A stretch of DNA of 64,000 bases. Origin: a virus. Below, one piece after another: positions 30,601-40,700 of this stretch. The stretch is from IMG/VR virus record IMGVR_UViG_3300042547_000432; one strand, 5' to 3'. Every line of letters begins with the position of its first letter. The stretch's first letter is position 1. The translations under genes and the position numbers were made by a program. The notes beneath the pieces are model-generated. The model did not search any database and was not told where the DNA came from. It saw only the letters and a program-made list of their open reading frames with translations.

Positions 30601-32832
30601 TCTAGCAATTCTTTGTGTATTTCCTGCTTCATCAACTATGGTTTCGCCAGAAATAAATTGCCCAGATAAAACTCTAACATAAAGTATACTACCTGATGTG
30701 TATTTTGACCCCTGAGAACCTTCTATCACACCATAAGCATCACTGGTTAATCCAGTGACATATTTTCCTGGAACAAATGTTTGAGTAGCAATTACTTGAT
30801 CTAGCGTTAATTGTGTGAAAAAAGTGGGATTAAAATAAGAAAACTTAAATACTGAATTGTAAGTATTTGTTCCTGTACTAAGTCTTCCCTTAGAGATTAC
30901 AATATCAGTATCAACATTAAACCCAGATCCTATTTTTTCTAGATTAAAATCTTTTGGTTTACAAACACCGACGATTGGAGTTATTACATTATTGTAATCT
31001 ACAATATGCGAGTATGGAGAAATGGATGCGTTTTGTCCTTGACCCTGGAAATAAAACTCTCTGGCATCATCTTGAGTTAAGAACAACTTTCTTCTTTTTA
31101 CAGTATCGAAATCGTCGTATTCTTTTAAAAATACTTGTAAATCTTCTTTATTTCCAAGAACAGTTAATTCCAAATAATTTGGTTCTGTTGTACCAGTGTA
31201 AGGAATATCTGGTCTTTTAACCACTGAGAAAGATAAAACATCAATACTTCTAGCAATAGTGGCGGCAGCCGAACTGCCCAAGTTTACCACAAACCACAAT
31301 TTAGTAAATGTGGTGCCAAATTCCGCATCGGTTGGAAAAGTTCTGGCAGCAAAATTCGCAGGATCCGAAAGATACAACGTCATGATACCATCATCTAATG
31401 TATATTTCAGACCGCGCCTTTGAATAGTTTGTTTTGGACTAGATGCAGTTTCGATATTATTCAATCCAACAGAACCATCATTAAAAATTGAATTCATATA
31501 AACGGTGGGATATGCCGTCAATTCTTGACTATCGGCATTTAATGGTATACTACCATAAACATTAGTTACATTAAAATACGAAAGCGGAGAAAACTTTAGT
31601 CTATTATTGCTTTGTACTAAAGTATCCCTAGCTTTATTAATTTCTAAATATTTCTTTTCTTTATTTACAACTTCAAATCCTTTGATGTAAGCTTTGCCAG
31701 ACTCTAATCCAGCAACCATCAAATTAGATGCCGCCGATACAGTTTTTGTATTTACTAATTTCGTTTCTTCATTAAATGGATATAATCCTTTATTGCCTTC
31801 TTTTTGATAATATTCTCTCAAATCCAACGAAAAATTATCAACAACATAATCTCCAGATTCGTCAAAAGTTCTTCTTGCTAATGTTTCCTCTAAAACATTA
31901 TAATCAGTTGACTTGACAAGTTGTTGAATTTCTCCATTTTTGATTGTAACTAATTGGACGTATTGATTATCTGTAAGAGAATCGTAGTCTAATACAATTA
32001 ATTGTAAATCAATATTAAATCTATGTGCTCCAGGAGCAGAAAAATTGGAAGATCCTTGAGAATTATCGTATAAGGACGAATCTTTTTCTGGAGTAACTAT
32101 ATTTTCGCTGATAGCAAATCCAACTTTTGCCGATGGTTTATTGTAATATTTGTCAACAATAATAAGTTGTTCTGGATTATTAACAAAATAACCATTTACA
32201 AAATATACTCCCGACTCTACCTTTACGGCAGAGGCATAACCCATTGCTGGACTGTCAATAATTCTACTAAGTCCTGTGTCATAATCTTTGACTGTAATGG
32301 TTGTTGGGAGAACACTGCCGTCAGTACCAACAACCAACGTTGGCGTGTCAAGCAAATCTAAAACTTCTAAATTCTCTCCCTGTCGGAAAGTAGTTTCGTT
32401 GTTGGCATTGCCACTATTAATATATTTTACAAATAAAATATCAGATTCAACTTCAGAAGAAAAGGCATACCAAACAACGGAAGCTTGAACACCAGAAGAT
32501 AATCCTTGTAAAGTCTTTCCTACTAACTGTGAAATATCATATTTTTCAAATACAATATTTCCATTTTGATTGACGGCAACATCATCAACAGATGCTAATT
32601 TGACATAATCTAATTTATTATTAAATGATACCTCTCCAGGAACAACCATTTGTCCCTGTTTAAATCTACTTCTGCCAAAATTTTCAATTTGATTTTGTAA
32701 AACAGATTGTAAAGTAGTTAACTCTCTGGTTTGTATGCTGTATCCAGGGCGAAACAATACTTTGTAAAACCCTTTGTCTACATTAAAATCATCGTTATAT
32801 GGTGGGACGCTAAGATTTGTCTTTTGAGGCAT
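24682..32832 (-). CDS. VrlC-like / DUF4815-type large virion structural protein (2716 aa)
   Basis: N-terminus MPQKTNLSVPPYNDDF..KGFYKVLFRPGYSIQTRELTTLQSVLQNQIE and C-terminus VPKIQDLRVVASF; position directly after gp8. Confidence 0.85.
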   Translation of the reverse strand: MPQKTNLSVPPYNDDFNVDKGFYKVLFRPGYSIQTRELTTLQSVLQNQIENFGRSRFKQGQMVVPGEVSFNNKLDYVKLASVDDVAVNQNGNIVFEKYDISQLVGKTLQGLSSGVQASVVWYAFSSEVESDILFVKYINSGNANNETTFRQGENLEVLDLLDTPTLVVGTDGSVLPTTITVKDYDTGLSRIIDSPAMGYASAVKVESGVYFVNGYFVNNPEQLIIVDKYYNKPSAKVGFAISENIVTPEKDSSLYDNSQGSSNFSAPGAHRFNIDLQLIVLDYDSLTDNQYVQLVTIKNGEIQQLVKSTDYNVLEETLARRTFDESGDYVVDNFSLDLREYYQKEGNKGLYPFNEETKLVNTKTVSAASNLMVAGLESGKAYIKGFEVVNKEKKYLEINKARDTLVQSNNRLKFSPLSYFNVTNVYGSIPLNADSQELTAYPTVYMNSIFNDGSVGLNNIETASSPKQTIQRRGLKYTLDDGIMTLYLSDPANFAARTFPTDAEFGTTFTKLWFVVNLGSSAAATIARSIDVLSFSVVKRPDIPYTGTTEPNYLELTVLGNKEDLQVFLKEYDDFDTVKRRKLFLTQDDAREFYFQGQGQNASISPYSHIVDYNNVITPIVGVCKPKDFNLEKIGSGFNVDTDIVISKGRLSTGTNTYNSVFKFSYFNPTFFTQLTLDQVIATQTFVPGKYVTGLTSDAYGVIEGSQGSKYTSGSILYVRVLSGQFISGETIVDEAGNTQRIARDGTISHFTVNSRGEGYPSSTKLKINGITYDNSAVELGILGNIIFKIIIKDRNLVSQTYASTPVVSFDTGTTNPISSAVVTPVLYRNSVQNYGPENVKSLHSSFGAGNVYTFTCDVESFDSAYLTNKVLTDFTFSGTKGSKFIECNGFSGNPATEVVPGDLIQFTDTANNVVRVIVQRVDFPEGLIKARIYFDNVLQNNVTNTSVIKVRSIIGNASKASLVIPSGTKYLSKIVQDPENSEISYFFRRDFVTTASTSGGNITFAAQLPYGTQRFAPFSKENFLLTVLDKKSSTTVNNGDIIFLKDDQVSVQNSTTSTIGGVTAGSVTISLPSSFFGTTTNFPILKLTATIEVLKARPRLKTFNSNKRVLVVTPGDKVIPLRGIDVDSSSDEVISYSDVVKINYVYEGTSQTPPVVSSTGDLVTGTDVTERFTFDDGQRDTFYDISRLVLKPGYETPTGQLIISFDYFEHSQGDFCTVDSYVHESGVGLSEIPDFNSSVYGKISLRDVFDFRPKVDSSSIISGYQDISILSLVDYNSFTGSAGVTSNTPASDSNLSYTISYSSSQFLDRIDGIFLDKKGEFIVKEGNSSLNPTKPADVDDAIPLYYLYVPAYTATSDDVRIIPVDNKRYTMRDIAKLEKRVERLEKYTLLSVLEQQALNMQIKDDVGLDRFKSGFLVDNFENHGIGNLKSLDYKCAIDTQQSVLRTPSYETSLKLTEVNVNKDQRDLNHYRKTGEVLTLPYDNIVFVKNPFATKTVPVNPFVVLQYVGDAHLNPNIDRWYEQKQFPLILDNDSQVFSTFYAKSDSRDAYASLHNNFIVNWVGTDRVFFNTTSLSNISSNLATSSSTNANISSNSNISPQNNQLAQNVPSRKSGKNTVANSLQQFCRSVPVFFTLTRMKPFTKFYVFMDNQPIDRWVNQDYRYTGVSGNSLSTFNSGLTSDANGNLSGMILIPSGNAPQSGSAWTGSINDVQYDTTVELFFTTGIKNIKFTSDSTGLIDSTVDSYAEINYYVSGNLPEQPASIISTTPAIFKAKEGIQYIENTRAQVKPNPLSQSFKVEKFPGGLFLTGIDLFFSTKSSSIPIKVYLTNIESGKPGKYILPGSESVLNPDTYLRVYTNGTLTINKGENCSGVTSGSVGPVKDVYDRNNIVLTPSTTGSYTLTNDQVYTVVLSNHNGKSFIENEELRFASLTTYNAAQNTNLRVTVARDSGRLVDLRVDNLGSGYDSASIQVESPQLPGGVQARAVCSVSSGNIFDADILVAGSGYTDPPSIIITGTGSSASAASIQSFIEIDTPAVRMGVATDIDTTTRSTTPTRFTFENPVYLQNETEYALVIESDSTDYNMWSSKLGEVEIASNSVVTSQPLLGSVFKSQNVDTWTEDLLEDIKFTLYRAEFDISRNGIVELTNEFLDYEVLDENPFEADSLSDTTATSTLYRNNNQVIKVNHRLNGFEDSGKSYVSFKNSNSFGGFDSSQINNTLYEVSNSGLNFYNITANTLASSNAFGGGSKVLASYNRKYEKSFAQLAYLNFPETKVNAEIKTTNILPADVKVVNYQSYSQSEYEKTFLNEEHFFNNQKVVCSRVNELKNITGDKKYSLQYKLSLSSTKSYLSPLIDLRSSNVILSNNNVEKSSGVEDRYGRRDQIIEFYPIYKFTVNGTNVNSIIAGDAANTKLVSGNTSRAQAVIVKFDTTTAELFVKMLTDTLFSPSESLSFASQPSLTGLTVSSGGVTEVVFSFNANSTVTAIDKTDTTKSYDNLINGKVVSWDNNKKRLRVSCNKQPINDNYTAASTIGSAYARISISSASNQSKDIFRVNDLVGYENQPADTKSFLEVKSVSYAPGVLYVPENNNNSSSLAKYVTKEITLETPATSIDVRLTANMFEIDDVQVLYKVNYATSQYNFDDVRWEYFNQSGNPDIQVIPSTDNLIAGYIENQSAYKEYKYSVNNLQEFTSFAVKIVMRSANPVYVPKIQDLRVVASF

Positions 32833-32873
32833 TTTATTCTCAATCTCTTACGTGTAATTTACTTTAAAAAAAA

Positions 32874-34703
32874 TCAGAATTCAATAACAAGTTTGATATC
32901 TTCTACTTGGTCTGGAGCTCTGGTTATTAGTCTTCTGTTTTCAATATAAATGATTTCTCCAGAATTTGGTTGTAGTTCTGGAAGTGCTAATCCATTCGTG
33001 AACGTAGAACCCAACGCCGAAGCATTGAAAGTGGTATCAACAGTTCCTGTGATATTGGATGTTTGTCCAGTTACTGCGAAAGTAGCATTTGAAATAAATG
33101 CTCTTACTACACCATTGTTTAGGTGATTTTCTGGCGATTGGAAATATTTCAAAACACCTGAAGTTGTAGAACCAGAATCTAGAGTCCAAGCAACTACAGT
33201 TCCCTTAGCAACTCCACCACCAGGAAGAGATTGAGTAATTTCTTCGTCTTGCTGGAAAATGCCAGTAACATTGGTTAATTTAATCGCTCTAAGATTAGAA
33301 AGTGTGTCAACTGTGGCAAAGTTTGATGTGCCATAGAGATATGGGTCTTGTAGAATTCCAATTCTTCTAAAATCATTCTCTACTGGAAAGTCTCCACCGC
33401 CCTCAGCATATGTCAAGCGAATATTTGTCATAATTCGCTTAGCATTTAATTCTACAATAGGATCGGCACCGTGTCCTCCCTGTGGTGATAACACACATTC
33501 AATCGCACCAATAGCAGTTGAAGAAACTGTTACGGGAGTTGTTAGTGCTGCGTCAGAATATACATTTCCATTTGTCAGCAAAACATTTGCGTAAGTATAC
33601 CCAGTGCCAGCAGCGTGGAGAATAGCATAAGTAATGTTTCCAGATGAATTTGTTCCGAATTTGACGATTCCTCCACTTCCATCGCCAAAGATAGGAGTAT
33701 ATAGAGATGTTTGACTAGTTGGTAAATCAGATCCAATTGCTTTTAGTACAACTGTACTGATAGATCCATTAACTGCCGCTGCTTGAACTGCACCGTCAGC
33801 AACAATGGGAATAAAATCTGTTGATAGGAATCTAAGAACATCATTTGTTGTAATGGTGTACATATACTTCCAAATATAATTACAAAAACCATTAGCGTCT
33901 ACAGGTTCTTTGTAAATTCCATTAGAATATGTACCACTCGAAGGAGTTGTGGATGGTTCATATGCTACTGTAGGAAGAACACCACCAGGAAGAAGAGAAG
34001 CAGGTCTCTCACCGTTATATAAACACTTAAAAACTTCGTACTTGTTATTTACAACATAAAATTTGGCGGTTGAAATATTTTGGGAACCAGTGGAGCCACC
34101 AGATAAAACTACCGAAGAAGTTTTTTGTTCTGAATAGTCGGGTCTCCACATATCAAAACGACTGTTGGTTGAAATGTCCCAATTATATCTTCTTACAACT
34201 GGTCTAGCAAATTCACCAGTAATGCGTTTAGCAGCAAGAATGTCGGCATATGCTAGATATTTTTCTGTCTGGTTGTCGTAAGGAATTGTAGGAATATCAT
34301 CAGTAGCAAAACGATATACACCCGTTAGAGCAGTAGCAGCAGTATTGCTACTTGTAATTGGATTGTATCCAGTTAATGTTGAACCCTGTGGTGGGACGGC
34401 AGAAGCAGTTGGACCAATAGCAGAAAGAAGAAGTGAGTTTGGATATGAAGCTACAACATCTGCTTTGAACGTAGCAGAAGCGAAATTAGCACCAACAAAA
34501 ACTTTGTCACGACCAGCAACGAAATCAGTAGCTGACTTGTTATACACTTCTAGGTAAGCATACCATCTTTGTGGTCTACCAACAAAGAAGTACATTCTTG
34601 TTCTTTCTGAAGATGAATCTGAACCAGATAGCGGTTCTGTCAAAGACTCATAAAATTGTTTGGCATTAAAGATTCTAAACTTTTCAGAGATTATTGCGGC
34701 CAT
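32874..34703 (-). CDS. gp8: Baseplate wedge subunit gp8
   Basis: MAAIISEKFRIFNAKQF..; FYVVNNKYEVFKCLYNG; WKYMYTI; GEIIYIENRRLITRAPDQVEDIKLVIEF. Gene order gp25-gp6-gp7-gp8. Confidence 0.9.
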   Translation of the reverse strand: MAAIISEKFRIFNAKQFYESLTEPLSGSDSSSERTRMYFFVGRPQRWYAYLEVYNKSATDFVAGRDKVFVGANFASATFKADVVASYPNSLLLSAIGPTASAVPPQGSTLTGYNPITSSNTAATALTGVYRFATDDIPTIPYDNQTEKYLAYADILAAKRITGEFARPVVRRYNWDISTNSRFDMWRPDYSEQKTSSVVLSGGSTGSQNISTAKFYVVNNKYEVFKCLYNGERPASLLPGGVLPTVAYEPSTTPSSGTYSNGIYKEPVDANGFCNYIWKYMYTITTNDVLRFLSTDFIPIVADGAVQAAAVNGSISTVVLKAIGSDLPTSQTSLYTPIFGDGSGGIVKFGTNSSGNITYAILHAAGTGYTYANVLLTNGNVYSDAALTTPVTVSSTAIGAIECVLSPQGGHGADPIVELNAKRIMTNIRLTYAEGGGDFPVENDFRRIGILQDPYLYGTSNFATVDTLSNLRAIKLTNVTGIFQQDEEITQSLPGGGVAKGTVVAWTLDSGSTTSGVLKYFQSPENHLNNGVVRAFISNATFAVTGQTSNITGTVDTTFNASALGSTFTNGLALPELQPNSGEIIYIENRRLITRAPDQVEDIKLVIEF

Positions 34704-34739
34704 TGAAAATTTCTCTCTTGCTAATAGGTTCGTAATTCT

Positions 34740-34753
34740 TATTTATATTTATA
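34740..34753 (-). promoter_or_regulatory. Two overlapping T4 late promoters TATAAATA
   Basis: Octamers at 34740-34747 and 34746-34753, upstream of gp8. Confidence 0.75.
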
Positions 34754-34756
34754 GTA

Positions 34757-37700
34757 CTAATTTGTAGTTCTTAAGTAATCACCAGCATCGTGTGTCTTTG
34801 CTGTTGTATTATTTTGTCCTCGTAAAACTCCAATAAAACGATCAACTAATTTTGAAGTATAAGTTACTATTTCGTCACCAACCAGTAACTTGCCAGATGA
34901 AGGAAAACCATTGGTATTAGCAACATAGATGATAGTGCTGCTTGTCGTTAGTGGCATTTGTAGATATGCTCCTAGTTCATTCGTTGAACCATACCCAAGA
35001 TTCATCAAGGTTTCTTCCGTAACTCCTTTGGATGACATTGAACGAACTTCGAAATCTTCTATGGTAATATCTCCATAAAGTCTATCGAATTGATCTAAAG
35101 AAATTCCGCCAAGTTGTAAGTAACCCATGTCATTGAACGCACCATTTTCAAATTTCTTTAATGTTGACCCCAAAGTTAATGGAGCAAATGATACGATAGA
35201 TATTCCTGGTTCAGCATAAGTATCGGAAAATCCTGTAGGAATAGATTTAACTATTTCTTGTTTTACAGAATTGACAGAAGTAGATTTGACATTTTCCCAA
35301 AGAGTGTGTACATTAACAACAATTTGATTTTTTAAGGATACTACTGAATTTGGTGATATTAATATATTAAATTGTGTTTCGGATCTTGAAGAATCATATT
35401 TAACATCTGCTACTGGTATGGTTTCAAAAAGTGGATGAATGCCAGTGGTTATTACTCTAGATGGTTCTAGAAGTTCTGTTGGACTAATAATAGATTCTGC
35501 TTCATGTACGGCAAATCCATATTCTAGATTTATGAGTGCCGAAACTAATAGTGTTGTCTTAATTTCTGGGAAGAAAGTTAATTCAACTTTTGTTGTTACT
35601 TTTTTCTCTGGATTTTTAATAATATCAAATCCTTTAGCAACATATACCCTTGGCGGTGTCAAATAACCGCTTCCACCATTAGTTAAAATAATATCAATAA
35701 TTTCTCCCTTACTTTCTACAGCAAAACCGCTCGCACCTCCCCCCTGAGCAGGCGAAATAATAGTTCCGCCTTCATCTCTTAATGGTTGAGGAACAAAAAT
35801 TAACTTAGGAGCATTTTCATACCCATAAGCTCCTGGTTGGATTCTAGATAATCCATATTGAGAATAATTTCTATCATTCCATTCTAACTGAGTAACAGAT
35901 CCATTTTGTATACTGGCAGTTACTGATAGTCCTTCCCCTCTTCCAACTTCCTCATTTGGAGTTACACTTAGTCTACCAAAGAAGTTGTTGGCTATTGAAG
36001 AATTTGAATTATATTGAGTTTTGAAAACTTTCTGTGGGAGAGATAAAATTTTTCTATATGATTTTTCCCCATCAACTCGGATTCTATCTCCAATGTCAAT
36101 AAAATTTGGAGAAGTTCTTGATATTGAGGATCCTATCAACCACCCACTATTTGTTTTTTGTAAAATACCTAGTGTTTCATCGTCTCGTTCGAAATCGGAA
36201 ACAGATATAATTGATGAAGAAGGAATTGTCAGATCACCCAAACCAGATGCTAAACCATTTATGATAGTAATATTTTTTGATGGATCAAAAGGAGCATTTT
36301 GAGATTCAATGTATAAAATAGAACCCGTATTAGTTACAGATACTCCTTTTGCTTTACCAATAGCAGTGTAATTAGTCGTTGACGTTCCTTGGTAACAAAT
36401 TCTATCAGCGTATTGTGCTAATGGAGGAACATAATTCAAGTCTATTTTAATTAAATTAAAATAAGTGTCTTCTTCATAATTGAAAGCGGTTATTGATGTA
36501 GAAACGGATCTTCCATAATAATATAATATAACTATTTTTTGCCCTGGTAATGGTGGGTTGGTGAATCTAATAGAAGAACCTTGGATAGAATAATCTTTTG
36601 TTTTCTTTTGTAATACTCTATCAACAAAAACTAATATATTGTTATCAATAAAAACTTCTAGAGGTTTTTTATTGATAACTCTTCGCATAATAAATGGACC
36701 GTATGTAATTCCATCAACAAGTGATGTATCAATTTCAGCTATTTCATAACTAGAAATTGAATATGCGCCAAAAACTTGACCAGACTTAGGTGGTTCTATA
36801 AAAACAATTTCATTTGGAGTTACTGTTCTTCTGATGTAATAGGATCTATCTATTGGGAAAGTTGGAGTAATTCCTGCAGTCTGTAAAACTCCATCAATTG
36901 TAACTAATAAATTGTTACCTGACTCTAGAACAATATTGTTATTTGAATCATCAATCAATTGGAAGGTGGTTTTTACTCCATCAAATTGATTTGATATATT
37001 TTTAATTTTCTTGAAAAATTGTGAATTGACGGTAGTATCTTTGTATCTTAAAATTTTACCAACAAATTTCTGTGATGGTGTATCAACTCCCTCTACATAT
37101 TGAGATGGTGTAATACTTTGCCCTTGATTATTTCTATATCCAAGTGGCGCTTCTTTGAAGGTAATTTGTGTATTTGATACAGTAAACGCTAGTCCTGGTT
37201 GCTGAAGAATACCATCTAACGAAATAACAAGATTCTCTTGTTGTGGAACAGCAACAGGATTGTTGCTTCCTAATATTTTCATAGTAAATATTTTATTTCC
37301 AGCTCTATTTCCATTCGAATCAAAATAACCATTAAATGGTGGATCTAAAACTATTTCAAAACTTGATGTCTCGGCGTCATCGAATGAATTTACAAATAAT
37401 GCTCCCTTTCCTCTTTGGACATCCATGAAAGAAGAATTTAATATAGACTGAGTAACAGTTCTATATGTGTTTTGAACAGTAACTTTATTTTTTTGTGGAT
37501 CCCACAATTGAATAGTCGAAACCGAATCCAAACTAGGTGGATTTGGCTTCATTCTTGCTATAGCATCAGATTCAATAAAAACTTCACCAAATAATTTAAA
37601 TCCAGCTGGGTGGGTTGACGCCTTTATAAGAGCTCGCCATATGTCAATAGGAGTTCTAGACCTAATAACATAAGAGTAGTCTTGATAAAAATTGGAATCT

Positions 37701-40700
37701 GTTAATTTTTGCGAAGACGTACTTAATTTCGATTTATCGGAAGCATAATATCCTAAATTGTCATAATATGACTTAATATCGTAATTAAATTCTCCAACGA
37801 ACGAAGATGTGACCTTGGCAGTTTTTAGTTGAGTTTTCCCTGTAATTTGAAAATTGTTTCTAAATTCTCCTTCAACTCTATTCAATTTAAGGATATTACT
37901 TCCTTCCTTCCATCCATCTTTTGATACATATCCTTTTGCTATCAATACACTTCCATCATATTGTTCTACTATTTCTCCTTCAAAAAATGCTTTTTCTGGA
38001 AAATCTTTTAATATTAAAATTCTATGTGAAGTTATCTTTCTCTTTGTGGTATAATCAGCATTAAATGCCTTTCCATTTTGAATAATAGAAACTTTTTTTG
38101 GAATACCAATATTTGTACTTTCAAAATATAATTTTACGTCAGTTTCGATAATTCTAACTTCTGGTTTGTAAGTAAATCCAGTTCCACCATTCACCAAAAT
38201 TACTGCTGCTATTGAATTATCCGTAGATTTTCTTATATCAAAAACAGCATTTCTTCCATCTCCATTCACCACAATTGCTTTTGGTTTAGAATAGTTTCTG
38301 CCAGGATTAATAATAGAGACGCCAATAATACTTTGTGTTTGTGGATTCCATTCGATATTCACGGTACATTCTGAAGACGCAGCTGGACGAACACCAGCAA
38401 CAACAGGAACGGAAGACATACTGTTGCCAGAATTAACTAATTTTATAGTGTTTATTTGACCAACAGCGTTTGTTGATGTAGTTGTGTATGAAATTATTCC
38501 ATACCCAGAATATTGTGGGTAATTAGATACTTCATACACCATCTCAGATGGCGTTGTATAGATAATTCTGTGTTCACCTTGTAAAGGATCATCAATCAAT
38601 CTCAAATATGCTTTTTCCGAATCAATGATGTTATTCTTATCATAAAAATAATAGTTGGTAAATTCGCTAATTTTTTTATCACTGAAATTATTTGAAGAAA
38701 TATTTGCGCCAAATCCTATCTTCAGAGAAATAAAAGAATTGGCAAATCCAGGTTTTTCTATACTTTTTTCTACTTCATTGGTTAATATGTTCAAATTGCC
38801 ACTTGGAGAAAATTCTAAGAAACTACCAGCTAAAGAAGGATGTGAAGTATCAAATTTATACTTATAGAATTTTTGAATAGGTATAACTGGATTTTTTCTC
38901 CAATTGACATTATCATATGAAAATTCAAATTTAAATTTTGGTGATTCTATAACATCTACAACTCCAACCAATTTTCTTGGAGTATTTTGATCATAAAAGA
39001 AACTAGATGAAGTTATAGGATTGATAGTAGTTATTGTGTTTCCAGACTCAAATGTTAGTACCAATTCACCAGTTTCGGGGTCATATGAGTCTACAAAAGG
39101 ATCGGCAACCGTTGTACCTAATTGATAATTAAATCCTAATTTATATTGAGGAGATTCCGAAGAAACAATTCTGTTGAAAATGTGGTCAGCAGCAATTGTA
39201 TTTTTTTGACCGCGCAATACAACCACAGAATTTTCGTTGGCATTAATACTAACTACTTCCATTATTTCACTATCTATTTTTAAGTAATCTCCATTTGATA
39301 TAGAAGTAATCTCATTTAAAAATAATTTAGTATTTGAAGACGCAAAACCAGCGTGATCTACCTCAACAAGCAAACTTCTGGCAGAAGATGATAGAGGATT
39401 TTGGTATCCAGAAGATGGTGAAATAGTTAATATGTCTCCTTTCTTGTAAAATTTTCCTTTGGATGTAATGATAATTGAGGTAATCAATCCATTAGTTACA
39501 GTTAAAGTAGCTCTGGCATTATTTTGATTGCCAGGATTGCCAATAACAGACTCTGAGATATTAGAAACTATTTGCCCAGTCTCACCTCTACATTTGGTTT
39601 GATCTACAAATATTAATTCTACATTGGTTAATGTGGAATTACCACTAGTGTCGTAAGCATAATCCGAACCACTATTTAATAATATTATTCTACCCACACC
39701 ACTATCTACAAGTGTTTTGTTGTAAAATGGAGTGCTTAATTTTACTTTTTGGTATATTCTTTTTCTGGTGTATACTGTTGTAGTAGTATTAAAATCGTCT
39801 GGAATGATATCAACTATAATGTTTTCATTCACTGATACACCATGATTTTCTGTGGTTTTTAAAACAGCAATCTTATCAGTTGATGTTAATACTTTTATGC
39901 CAGAACTTAATGGTATTTTTTGGACAATTCTACTGCCGACAGTATCTCTTAAATTATTAGTCCTCAGAAAATATGTGGCATCAACATCAAAATTTCCTCT
40001 TTGTACTCTAACCTTACAAATGTTTTTTTGATCCGTTGATTCTAATACTACTCCATACCCTCTTTGACTTAAAACAACAGATCCAGGGGAAGAGATATCA
40101 GGCAACAATAATGCAGGACCATTTGGTGTTGTTGCTACTTGAAAATTTGTGGGGGAAGAATTTACAACATAATAAATTTTGTTTGTCAATAAACCAGCAA
40201 AAGCACTTGAAAAAATAATTGGTTCTCCATTGACAAACGTATTTGATGCTAGATTTATTTTATTTGAAGATGTAGACAAAATAATTGCTTGTTTTCCATT
40301 TGTTAGGAAAATTTCGGAATCAGCTGTATATGATGAGATTTTATCAACTACTAAATTTACAACTTCTATGCTCGATGTAGCAAAATTAGTATTTGATGGT
40401 TCGAAATTTTTTGTTACTTCTTTTAGAATAATAGTTTTTCCATTGAATACATTTCCAATGATTTTTCCAGAAGCAAAAGTTCCCGATTGTGTCAATGTAT
40501 CGCCATCATACAAATAACAGGGGGATTCTGTAGTAATTTTTACGCACTTATCCAAAGATGGTGGTAAAAGTACCAAAATACTACCATCTCTTAATAAAAC
40601 ATCAGTTGTGTTTAAATTGTAATCTGGGATATCTTTAGCATCAATAGTAATAGAAAATCCCAAACCACCAACATTTACTGGATAGTTAGTAATTCCTGTC